DNA of 64,000 nt, taken from Bdellovibrionota bacterium FG-1 (GTDB lineage: Bacteria; Bdellovibrionota; UBA1018). The stretch spans positions 64,001-128,000 of the forward strand of contig JBBCAW010000012.1 in the NCBI GenBank assembly GCA_051382295.1, read 5' to 3'. The position numbers were made by a program, and so were the translations under genes. The notes beneath the pieces are model-generated. The model was not told the DNA's origin and made no database searches. It was given only the letters and a program-made list of their open reading frames with translations. Each line of letters begins with the position of its first letter. The first letter of the stretch is position 1. This document shows positions 19,692-29,200 of this stretch, piece after piece.

Positions 19692-21089
19692 TTAGGGTGA
19701 TTTGAGAATACGACCGATGAGGTCATGTCCTTGGGCTTCAGTGAGAAGCACCTGCACAAAGTCCCCCGGTTTCAGAGTTTCTAAGGCATTGCTGTCCCCG
19801 AGATCATTGATCAACACATGACCATCGATTTCTTGCGCCTGTGTGGGCATCCGGCCTTGAATGAGGAGTTCGGTTTCGTCGCTCGGACCTTCGATCATCA
19901 CCTGCACAGTTTGGCCGACAAGTTTTTCGTTTCGAACCTGGGCCTGCTTCTGCAAAATGTCCGCAAGCTTTTTAGCGCGTTTTCGTTTAGTGGCCGGATG
20001 GACTTGGTCCGGCATATCATTGGCTTTGGTGCCTTCTTCTTTCGAGTAGCGAAACACGCCGACAAAATCGAGGTTGAGGTCCTCGAGATCGCGCGCCATC
20101 TCTTCGAACTGCTCCTCGGTTTCGCCCGGAAAGCCCACGATCATCGACGTACGAAACACCATTCCAGGAACTTTGGCTCTGAGCTTACTGATCAACTCAA
20201 AAAGCTTAGTTTTGGTAAGTCGTCGACCCATCGCCTTGAGAACGTCGTTATTGGTATGCTGAATGGGCATGTCGAGGTATTTGACGATTTTGGGCTCGCG
20301 TGCGACGATATCGATCAGTTCATCGCTAAAATCATCAGGATACACGTAGTGCAGTCGGATCCACTCGATGCCGTCGATTTTGCACAGAGCAGGCAGTAGG
20401 GTGAGCAGGCTGTCTTTGTAGCGGCCCTCGATTCCATAATGGGTGAGATCTTGCGCGACCAGGTTGAGTTCGCGGACTCCGCGTTTGGCCATGCCTTGCG
20501 CTTCTTCGACGAGCGACTCGACGGTGCGAGATCGAACATTGCCTCGGAGGGTCGGGATAATACAAAATGCGCAACGTCGGTTACAACCTTCTGAAAGTTT
20601 GAGAAAGCCCGTATAGCTCGGGCCGGTGTGCATGCGCGGATCTTTTTCAGAATGAATAAAGGCCGGTTGGTCGATGTAAGAGCGTTTGGGAAGGGGAGAC
20701 CCAAATTCTACCGATTTGGCGCGGGCATCTAAAAGCTCGGTGATGCGATGGTACTGGCCAGTGCCGATAAAAAGGTCGACTTCGGGCATCTCGAGTTCGA
20801 GTTGTTTGGAGTAACGTTGCGGCAAGCAGCCTGCGGCTACGAGAACTTTGCACCGCGCGCTTTGCTTGAGTTCGGCCATGTCGAGGATGGTCTCGATGGA
20901 TTCTTCTTTGGAAGCCTGGATGAATGAGCACGTGTTGACGATGATGACTTCGGCTTCTTGGGGATTGGTGGTGATCGAGTAACGATCCTTTTGAAGAAGT
21001 CCGAGCATGACCTGCGAATCAACGAGGTTTTTGGGACAACCCAAACTGATAAAATGAACTGGGGACTTCGATTTTGGGGTACTGCTCAT
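19692..21089 (-). CDS. rimO: Ribosomal protein S12 methylthiotransferase
   Basis: SLGCPKNLVDS, NTCSFI--SKEES, EGCNRRCAFCIIP, TRAM domain with A-EIDG. Confidence 0.95.
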   Translation of the reverse strand: MSSTPKSKSPVHFISLGCPKNLVDSQVMLGLLQKDRYSITTNPQEAEVIIVNTCSFIQASKEESIETILDMAELKQSARCKVLVAAGCLPQRYSKQLELEMPEVDLFIGTGQYHRITELLDARAKSVEFGSPLPKRSYIDQPAFIHSEKDPRMHTGPSYTGFLKLSEGCNRRCAFCIIPTLRGNVRSRTVESLVEEAQGMAKRGVRELNLVAQDLTHYGIEGRYKDSLLTLLPALCKIDGIEWIRLHYVYPDDFSDELIDIVAREPKIVKYLDMPIQHTNNDVLKAMGRRLTKTKLFELISKLRAKVPGMVFRTSMIVGFPGETEEQFEEMARDLEDLNLDFVGVFRYSKEEGTKANDMPDQVHPATKRKRAKKLADILQKQAQVRNEKLVGQTVQVMIEGPSDETELLIQGRMPTQAQEIDGHVLINDLGDSNALETLKPGDFVQVLLTEAQGHDLIGRILKSP

Positions 21090-21096
21090 ACTTCGA

Positions 21097-21594
21097 TTAA
21101 TCCCTGAAATTTCCGAATTGCATCGGGACTTTGAGTTTGTCCTGGATTCCGCGAAGGTGGGCGATTGCGGCTTGGAGGTCATCTCGGTTTTTGCCGGTGA
21201 CCCGGACTTGCTCATCTTGAATTTGGGCCTGGACCTTTAGCTTAGATTCTTTGATCGCGGCGATGATTTCTTTGCCCTTTTCTTTGGAAACGCCGGCTTG
21301 GACGAGGACCACTTGGCGCACGCTGCTGCCGAATGCTGGCTCAAGGTCTTTGTATTCCAAGGACAAGAGCGAGATGCCTCGTTTGATGAGCTTGTTTTGA
21401 AGGATGTCGTTCACGGCCTCGAGTTTGCCTTCTTCGCTGCACCAAAGGGTGATGGTTTTTTCTTTTTGGTCGAGCTTGATTTCGGATTTAACGCCTTTGA
21501 AATCAAAACGTTGGCCGACTTCTTTGGTGGCCTGGTTGATCGCGTTATCCATTTCTTGCCAGTTCATTTCAGCAGAGACATCAAAAGAAGGCAT
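21097..21594 (-). CDS. yajQ: YajQ family nucleotide/c-di-GMP-binding protein
   Basis: MPSFDV, RFDFKG, KVQAQIQ--QVRVTGK-RDDLQ, QF-NFRD. Confidence 0.95.
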   Translation of the reverse strand: MPSFDVSAEMNWQEMDNAINQATKEVGQRFDFKGVKSEIKLDQKEKTITLWCSEEGKLEAVNDILQNKLIKRGISLLSLEYKDLEPAFGSSVRQVVLVQAGVSKEKGKEIIAAIKESKLKVQAQIQDEQVRVTGKNRDDLQAAIAHLRGIQDKLKVPMQFGNFRD

Positions 21595-21771
21595 AAAAGG
21601 TCGATTCTCCTCGTTAAAATGGAATTTCCACGGAAATCGGTAATCTAATACAGAAATGGTCGGATAAAGGCAACTGGAAAAAACCGTCGCTGTTTTTAGT
21701 CGGAAAATTGAACCAAATCGAGCAGAACTCTCGTCCTGAGATCTCCGGTTAAACGCTGTACCCGGATCACC

Positions 21772-21912
21772 TCAGAGCTGTCCTAAGCAGTCGGCAATTG
21801 TTTTGACTAGAAAAACCAAGAGCTTGGCGAGGACAAAAAGACGCCAAATTCTAAATTTAAGTTTTTCGAGTCGGATCCGATGAGCATAATAGATGGTTCT
21901 ATTACTTTTCAT
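21772..21912 (-). CDS. 46-aa basic/hydrophobic peptide, candidate type I toxin (MKSNRTIYYAHRIRLEKLKFRIWRLFVLAKLLVFLVKTIADCLGQL)
   Basis: AAGGAGG 6 nt before the ATG; same length in all three repeats; several synonymous substitutions between copies. Confidence 0.8.
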   Translation of the reverse strand: MKSNRTIYYAHRIRLEKLKFRIWRLFVLAKLLVFLVKTIADCLGQL

Positions 21913-21915
21913 AGG

Positions 21916-21950
21916 ATGCCTCCTTTCTTTTTAGTGAAGAAGGGAGGTAT
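21916..21950. promoter_or_regulatory. Hairpin containing the peptide SD (anti-SD CCUCC / SD GGAGG)
   Basis: atgcctcctttctt-N7-aagaagggaggtat; the stem is invariant in three copies and only the loop varies. Confidence 0.7.
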
Positions 21951-22120
21951 TTCCGTCTACTCTGCGCGGTTTGGCAGGAACTTCAAAAGCAAAATTAATG
22001 CCGATGCCTGCTGGAACTTACAAAGGTTTTATCCCGTGGTCCGTCCGGATTTCGGTGAGGGTATTCGAAATTGGGACCAATAGGGTGTGCACAAGTCGTG
22101 GATGATGTTATATAACGTCG

Positions 22121-22648
22121 ATGAATATTGATCTGCGCCCCATCCATGTCAAAGATTGGAAATTGCTTTTGAAGTGGCGCAATGATCCTCAAGTGACGCG
22201 TGACCTTGCTTTTCAAGCGATGTCTGAGGAAAGGGTCAGGCAGTTCATTCAGGAGAAGGTTGACTCGACGACAGATCGGACTTTTGTGATTGAATGTGAC
22301 GGGCAGGTGATCGGATATACTTTGATTGAGTCAGACGTTCTGAATAAAAAATGCGAAGTCGGCATCATTATTGGTGAGAAAGGATATTGGGGAAAGGGGA
22401 TCGGAAAGCAAGTTTGTCGAAAGATCACCGACATTGCCATTTCGGAGATGGGTTTACACCGGGTTTTGGCCGTGGCTTCTGAAAGAAATCTCGGATCAAT
22501 TCGTTGTTTTTTGTCTCAAGGATATCGCGAAGAGGGGCGTCTGCGGCACGCCAACTATCGCGACGGTAAGTTTTATGATCTTGTGCTGTTGTCTATGTTG
22601 TCCCACGAGTGGAATCATATACCAAACCGAGCAGAATTCTCTTCCTGA
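22121..22648 (+). CDS. GNAT acetyltransferase, RimJ/RimL family
   Basis: IDLRP----D---L-KWRND, IG---YWGKGIG, N-GS-R-F---G--EEGRLR. The last 28 nt lie inside repeat copy 2. Confidence 0.9.
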   Translation: MNIDLRPIHVKDWKLLLKWRNDPQVTRDLAFQAMSEERVRQFIQEKVDSTTDRTFVIECDGQVIGYTLIESDVLNKKCEVGIIIGEKGYWGKGIGKQVCRKITDIAISEMGLHRVLAVASERNLGSIRCFLSQGYREEGRLRHANYRDGKFYDLVLLSMLSHEWNHIPNRAEFSS

Positions 22649-22971
22649 GATCTCCGGTTAAATGCTGTACCCAGATCAACTCAGATTTGTCCTAAGTAGT
22701 CGGCTGCAGTTTTGACTAGAAAAACCAGAATCTTGACGAGGACATAAAGACGCCAAGATTTAAATTTGAGTTTTTCAAGTCGGATCCGATGAGCATAATA
22801 GTTGTTTCTATTACTTTTCATAGGATGCCTCCTTTCTTTTTGACGAAGAAGGGAGGTATTTCCGTCTACTCTGCGCGGTTTGGCAGGGACCTCAAAAGCA
22901 AATTTGATGCCGACGCAACCTCGAAATTACGAGGCTTCAGGGCTGTTACCCGTCCGGATTTCGGTGAGGGT
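22621..22971. repeat. Long direct repeat copy 2 (351 bp, right end replaced)
   Basis: Colinear with copies 1 and 3 up to ggtgagggt, then unrelated sequence. Confidence 0.95.
22681..22821 (-). CDS. 46-aa candidate type I toxin, copy 2 (MKSNRNNYYAHRIRLEKLKFKSWRLYVLVKILVFLVKTAADYLGQI)
   Basis: Same SD, start and stop positions as copy 1. Confidence 0.8.
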   Translation of the reverse strand: MKSNRNNYYAHRIRLEKLKFKSWRLYVLVKILVFLVKTAADYLGQI

Positions 22972-23055
22972 GACTAGAATCCGGACCCGGAAAGTTCAAA
23001 AGCCCCTCCTCCCTTCCCAGCCCAAAAGCAGCGACCAGGAAGGAGGGGCGCAGTT

Positions 23056-24333
23056 TTAGTTTTTGTAAATCGGCAAAATTCCAAAGGGAGCAGCAGGGGC
23101 TTTTGAATAAAATAACCGACGTCCCCAAGGTGCTTTTTGTTTGCTGACGATTTTACCGTCACAGCTGACTTCGGTGCGAAATCCACCCTGATCAAATATC
23201 CCACCCAATGGCCAATCTTCCGGAGTATCGGTACATGAGGTGGCTGAGCATTCAATAGGCCAAAAGGGTCCCCCGGCCTCTTTCTGTCCTGGGGCGAATT
23301 GAGTGAAACAAACCAATCCGAAAGTTCGGCACTCAGGATTCGAGAATTCGACGTGAAGATGGTCAACGACTCCAATCGCTTTCACGGTTTTGGTGAGGAG
23401 GGCGTTTCCAAAAAAATCACGACAAACAGCGACGCATTGATTGTTCATATCCTTTTCGGTATTCGGGACTCCCGAAGGATAGGCATCACTTTCTTTTTCC
23501 TCCCAATATCTAATAAAATCTAAGCCAATGGTTTTACAGGCGCCGCCGGTTGAGACTGGCTGATAAATGACGGGTAATGGCTGATTGCCGGATTTTTCCA
23601 CAGAAACCTGCCAGCTGAAATGGGGCGCAATGGGTTGAAGTTTGTTTCAGTCAGAGGTGGGGGCGAATAAAAAGCCGACCATCTTTCGGGCTTCTTCGGA
23701 GTCATGAGCTTCGTAGTAAAGACGAGCTAGGCCATAAAGCACTTCGTGAACAAAAAAGGCGGCTTGATCGGTAGGTGTGAATTTATCAAATACGGTTTTA
23801 GAGATCCGGAGTGTGCCATCCGATTCGTAAAATCCTGCGTATTGGAGCTCGCACCCTTCTGGGATCACAGCGGGAAAGTGCGAGCCTAAATCAGAAACCC
23901 CGGGCATCGTGACACCAGCAGGTAGGAAATTGACCTGGGTCTTGAATTTTATGAGGAGATCCACAAAGTCCTGTCCGATGTATGGATTCCACTGGGCTAA
24001 TCGTGCTTGGATTTGATTGATTTGCGCATCAGCGCTGTCTTGAGATTGCGGAATCGTCAGGCCAAAACGAATTTCGGCTTCATAGAGGTCGAGAAGGTGA
24101 GCGGAAACGACCTTGCGATCAGTTCCTAGGCAGACCACCGACGCTCCGCCTCCGCTCGAGCCCGGCCCTGTTGAAGTGCTCGTTCTGCCTCCGCCGATTT
24201 TTTCGGTTACTACTGAGGTACCCAGAGCGGGTGGGCGATCGGATGGGGAGGGCGTGGTCCCTTGTTTACTGCAGGCGCAAAACACCAAAAGGAATCCGAC
24301 GGTTGAAAGAAATTTTAGGGCAGAGGATTTCAT
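23056..24333 (-). pseudogene. Lipoprotein (GGG-x-VVC...LLDLYE type) split by an in-frame TGA at 23647-23649
   Basis: Signal peptide ending in FCAC. ORFs 23647..24333 and 23056..23601 share a frame and are separated by only one TGA. Confidence 0.6.
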
Positions 24334-24476
24334 ACATTTTTCCGTTTCCGCTGCGATTTAACAAGAGGAGCATCATTTAGCAGCGTTTCGCCACGTAAAA
24401 AATGGCTGATTTTTAGGAGCTAAACTAGATAATAATTATGTTTTTATTACCTTAATTGTTATAAATTATTACTCAT

Positions 24477-25286
24477 ATGGGTGAGCAAAGTGTTTTTTCT
24501 TTTTCAGACTATAAGCAGTTTCTTTGTCATTATGTGGATGTTCACAAAAAAGAGCGGGGCAGTATCCGGCGGATGGCTGAAGCGGCGGGTTGTCAGCGAT
24601 CCTACATGTCCCAAGTTTTAGGCACTCATGTGCATTTAACACGGGAGCAGGCGTGGGGTCTGTGTTCTTTGTTTGGTTTTAAGGATCTTGAGTCGCAATA
24701 TTTTATGGTGTTGATCGATCTCGCGCGCGCGGGAAGCAAAAAATATCGGGAAAATTTGGAGTCGCAGCGAAAAATGTTAAAACAAAGGTCCGAGGATCTT
24801 TCGGAACGCACCACGCGTAAGCGGATCGAGTCTGAGGATTTTGCGATGGAGTATTATTCGGCGTGGTATTGGAGCGCGATCCATATTTTAGTTTCTATTC
24901 CGGGCTTTCAGACTGTGAAGTCAATTGCGGCAAAGTTGTTTCTTGATGAAAAAACAGTCGAAAACAGCCTTAAACGATTGGCTGTGATGAAATTGGTCAC
25001 TCAAGAAAAAGATCGATGGTGTTTCAGGCAAGAAAGTATTCATGTGCCAAAGGATTCGCCTTATGTGGTCTTTCATCATCGGAATTGGCGAGATCGGTCG
25101 GTTTTATCTTCACAGGCCTCGGATCACGAGGGGATTCATTACACGATGGTTCAATCCGTGAGTCGAGACGTGTTGCCTCGAGTTCGTCAGCTTTTTCTGG
25201 ATGCTATAGAGCAAGCCAATCGTATTGCTGGCCCTTCTGCTCCTCAAGAGTTGGTCGCGATTAACTGTGACATTTTTTCAGTATGA
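24477..25286 (+). CDS. TIGR02147/DUF4423-like HTH protein
   Basis: DY--FL, SY-SQVL-----LT-EQA, YYS-WY-SAIH, H-NWR pattern typical of this Bdellovibrio-expanded family. Confidence 0.75.
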   Translation: MGEQSVFSFSDYKQFLCHYVDVHKKERGSIRRMAEAAGCQRSYMSQVLGTHVHLTREQAWGLCSLFGFKDLESQYFMVLIDLARAGSKKYRENLESQRKMLKQRSEDLSERTTRKRIESEDFAMEYYSAWYWSAIHILVSIPGFQTVKSIAAKLFLDEKTVENSLKRLAVMKLVTQEKDRWCFRQESIHVPKDSPYVVFHHRNWRDRSVLSSQASDHEGIHYTMVQSVSRDVLPRVRQLFLDAIEQANRIAGPSAPQELVAINCDIFSV

Positions 25287-25313
25287 ATAAGAAACCCAGC
25301 ATAGGGTTTTAAA

Positions 25314-25700
25314 ACCAAACCGAGCAGAATTCTCATCCTGAGATCTCCGGTTAAATGCTGTACCCGGATCACCTCAGATTTGTCCTAAATAGTCGGCTAT
25401 TGTTTTGACCAGAAAAACCAAGATCTTGGCGAGGACAAAAAGACGCCAAGATTTAAATTTCAGTTTTTCAAGTCGCGTCCGATGAGCATAATAGGTTGCT
25501 CTATTATTTTTCATAGGATGCCTCCTTTCTTTTTGACGAAGAAGGGAGGTATTTCCGTCTACTCTGCGCGGTTTGGCAGGGACCTCAAAAGCAAATCTAG
25601 TGCCGATGCTACCTCGAAATTACGAGGCTTCAGGGCCGTTACCCGTCCGGATTTCGGTGAGGGTATTCGAAATTGGGACCAATAGGGTGTGCACAAGTCG
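25314..25700. repeat. Long direct repeat copy 3 (387 bp)
   Basis: Colinear with copies 1 and 2. Confidence 0.95.
25374..25514 (-). CDS. 46-aa candidate type I toxin, copy 3 (MKNNRATYYAHRTRLEKLKFKSWRLFVLAKILVFLVKTIADYLGQI)
   Basis: Same SD, start and stop positions as copies 1 and 2. Confidence 0.8.
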   Translation of the reverse strand: MKNNRATYYAHRTRLEKLKFKSWRLFVLAKILVFLVKTIADYLGQI

Positions 25701-25704
25701 CAGG

Positions 25705-26070
25705 TCAGTCAAAGCGGCAAAATACATCCAGATCTTTGCCCCCTCGGGTATAACTCAATTGCTGGTATCGCTTCCTCTCAGTAACAAGCGTCGTAGATAC
25801 TGCTTTTGTTATCGTATCCGTGATTCCCATAGTCATTACTTTTGAGCCGTCTGACATGGCGGCATAGACAAAGACGCCGTTAATTTCCTTTTCGACGGAA
25901 TTTTTATTTTCCTTGGAAATGGCCCCTTCAATCTGTTGTTCGGGAGTATCGGTACCTCGAATCATGCACTTAACTTTCTTTGGAGGCGGGCTTGTCTTCT
26001 GCGCCGTAGCGTAGGATGCGCCGAAAAGAATTTCGGAAATACAGAATAAACCGATAGAAAGTAGCTTCAT
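25705..26070 (-). CDS. Small exported hypothetical protein
   Basis: Likely start MKLLSIGLF with a signal peptide; Cys near both ends of the mature domain. Confidence 0.55.
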   Translation of the reverse strand: MKLLSIGLFCISEILFGASYATAQKTSPPPKKVKCMIRGTDTPEQQIEGAISKENKNSVEKEINGVFVYAAMSDGSKVMTMGITDTITKAVSTTLVTERKRYQQLSYTRGGKDLDVFCRFD

Positions 26071-26264
26071 AAATCCAATGATACAGGCAAGCCTGATAAC
26101 TTTGTCAACCCACCGCTCATAGTGCACCAAGTCGCACAGCCTTGTTCGTTGCTTGCCCCACGTAAAAATTCCTGCTCTTGCCTTTTTGAGTTCCCTTGCT
26201 AGAGTCGGGTGCTTCACAACTCGATCATCCACGGCTACGACGACTCTGGGAGAATTTAGAGACG

Positions 26265-29200
26265 ATGCGCATTAAAAGACTCGAAATTCAAGGCTTTAAG
26301 TCCTTTAAAGACAAGACTTTGATCCATTTTGATCATGGCATTACAGGGATCGTGGGGCCGAACGGCTGCGGTAAATCCAACGTCGTTGACGCCTTCTTTT
26401 GGGTCATGGGCGAGCAGTCTTATAAGCATATGCGCGGCAGCTCGAGCGACGATTTGATCTTTAACGGTAGCTCCAAATATAACCCGCTCGGTATGGCCGA
26501 AGCGACGCTCGTGCTTGAAACGGACGCAGCGGATACCGAAAGCGCACCCGCAGGCGCCAGCGCTGCCGATATTCCGGTTCATCTGCGTTCAAAAGAGATC
26601 TCTGTGACTCGCCGCCTCTATCGCGGGGGCGAGGGCGAATATTTTATTAACGGTGTCCCGGCGCGTCTTAAAGACATCCACGACCTGTTCATGGATACCG
26701 GCGTGGGCGCCAAAGGTTATTCCGTCATCGAACAAGGCCAAATCGGCAAGATTGTGCAAGCCAAGCCTGAGGAACGCCGTCTTTTGATTGAGGAAGCGGC
26801 CGGAATCGCCAAGTACAAAGCACGCAAAAAAGAATCTCTGCGCAAAATGGAAGCCACCCAGGGCAATCTTTCGCGCCTCACGGATGTCATCCAAGAAATC
26901 GAGCGCAGTTTAGGTTCTTTGGATCGGCAGGCTCAAAAGGCCCGCCAGTACAAAAAGTATAAAGAGGAGTTGCTCGATAAGGAAATGACCTGGGGTCGTC
27001 GTAAAAACACGGTTTTACGGCAAAAACTCGAGATGCTCGCCAAACAAAAAGAGCAGCTGGAGCAAGAGTTAGTGGGTCTTCGAGCTGAACTTCAAACTGC
27101 TGAAAACACCATCGAAACCGATCGGGTGGATCAAGTCACTGATACCAAGGCCGCTGAAGAACTCCAAGCCCAGATCAATCACTGTTCGAGTGAACTGGCG
27201 CACGAGCGCAGTGCTTTGGAGCTTTCTCGGCAACGGCAAAGTGATCTGCATCAACAACTCAGCGCACTCGATCACGAAAAGTCCGAGCTTAAAAACTCCA
27301 TCGAAGAGGAGCGTCTCAAGCTCGAAAACCGAGAAATCGAAGCCTCCGAATCAAACGACCTCTACCAAGAGGCTTCTGTTCAAGCTCAATCGGCCGACCA
27401 AAAAGCTCGTCAGGCACGTAATGAGGCTGACGGACTTCGGCGTGACCTCGAAAATCGCAAGCGCGAGCTCATGAAGGGAATTTCGCAGGCTTCGGACCTC
27501 ACTTCACGTGCCGCTTCCTTGGCTTCTCGTATTGAATCAGCCCAGGCTCAGGCCGAACGTCTGAAAGCTCAAGTCAGTGAGCAACACGAAAAATTAGCCG
27601 TCACTCGCGAAGAAACTCAGCGGGCTTCTGAAAACGCCGAGTCGGTCAAAATGAAGCGAGAAGAGCTGCAAGTCGAAAAAAGGGCCCAAGCGGATCGTGT
27701 TCAAGGATCTGATCAAAACACGAGAAAACTCGATCGCGAACGTGACGACAGTCATCGCAAACTGACTCAGCTTAAGTCTAAATTGCAATCGCTCGAAGAG
27801 CTTGCTGCCGCCTATGAAGGACTGGGTGATGGCCCTAAGGCCGCCCTCGAATGGGCACGCGATAATGGCCAGGCCGATCAGCTCTTGGCGCTGACCGACG
27901 CTTTGGATGTCACCGGAGAGTTCGAAACCGCACTCGGTGGCCTTCTCGAAAAACGGCTCGAAAATCTCATTGCCCGCGATACCAACGCTGCGCTGGGCGC
28001 GATTCAACATGTCGCTCATGCTAAGCAAGGCCGAATTGCCATTCAAGTGGCTTCGGGGCTTGAGGGGCGTCAAGCTGGCGCTTGGGATGCTGTTCGGGAT
28101 GCCCTCACTCAATCTGGATTTGAGGTTCTGGGTCAGCTCACTGATCAGGTGACGATTAACGCCAAACTCGATTCAAAGGTTCAGGCCATCGCCAGTGGTT
28201 TGATTGCTCACGTGGCTGTGGTCCGATCATTCGAACCCATGGCGCGGTTTATTTCGGGGTCTGCGGGTGGAACTGCAATGGAGCAGTTGGCCGGTTGGTC
28301 CGTTGTCAGCCAAGAGGGTGATGCCCTGGATTATGACGGCACTCTTCGCGGCGGTAGCACCGAGTCCGATGGGGCCGCAACCGTTCTCAAACGCAAGCGA
28401 GCCATCACGGATTTGCAGGCCCAGGTGGAACAAGCGGAATTAGCGCATCAGTCCGTTGAAAACGCAGCCATGACCGCTAAAGTCGAACTGGAAGAAGCGC
28501 GAACTCGGCTTCAAACCGTTCAGACCGAACTTCAACAGGCTGAAATTCAAGGCGCTGCCTTTGAACGAGATGTTCATCAAATGAGTCGGGCCTTGCGCGA
28601 GGCGGAGAATCACGCAGAGCGGTTACAAAGCGATCTTTTGCAGATGGAAGAACAGGGGCAATCGGCCCGTATCGAACGCGAAAATATTGAAGATGAACTA
28701 GCCGCGATCGTTTCTTCGCGCTCGGATTTGGAGGCCCAGATTTCGGCCGGAGATGACGAAATGGCGCTTCGGGACACCGAAGTCCGCGCGCAAGAGGTCG
28801 AAGCGCAAGCGCTTAAAATGAACGAGGTCACGCTTCGGGAGCGAGCCCAAAGTTTGAAGCGCGAGCTTGAAACGGGGCGCACGCTCATTGCGGATCGCGC
28901 ACGACGCTTGGCGGAAATTGACCGCACCCTGGACCGCGCTACCCGCGAACGAGAGCAGCATACCGGTGGTGAGGGCGGGATTGAAGAAAAGATCGAAGAG
29001 CTGACGATTCAATTATCAACGGCACGTGAGCAGCTTTCTGAGGTGAAGGATCGGCTTGAAAAGTCCGGTGCCGAGCTCAATCGCACTTTGGAGCGCATCA
29101 AGCAGTTCCATAAAACCGGTGACCACAAAACGTCTGAAAGTAATCAGGTCGGCCTCGAAATCGAACGTATTTCTGGGGATTTACAACATCTTGTGCAAAA

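Larger units (their letters stand above)
21712..22098. repeat. Long direct repeat copy 1 (387 bp), candidate type I TA module
   Basis: Colinear with 22621-22971 and 25314-25700. Confidence 0.95.

Noticed and set aside
21880..22083. Plus-strand ORFs in the repeats (MSII...; also 22789-22977 and 25482-25685) as the real genes
   Set aside because: No SD, they run through the hairpin and variable window, and their ends differ. SD placement and synonymous changes support the minus-strand 46-aa ORF.
9694..23649. Alternative genetic code or selenocysteine explaining two in-frame TGA codons
   Set aside because: Core genes such as smc, ppdK and galE terminate at TGA, and the two interrupted proteins lack redox-enzyme context.
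21712..25700. CRISPR array, integron attC array or IS copies
   Set aside because: Units are 350-390 bp with an internal coding ORF. There are no cas, integrase or transposase genes nearby, no clear attC core sites and no target-site duplications.
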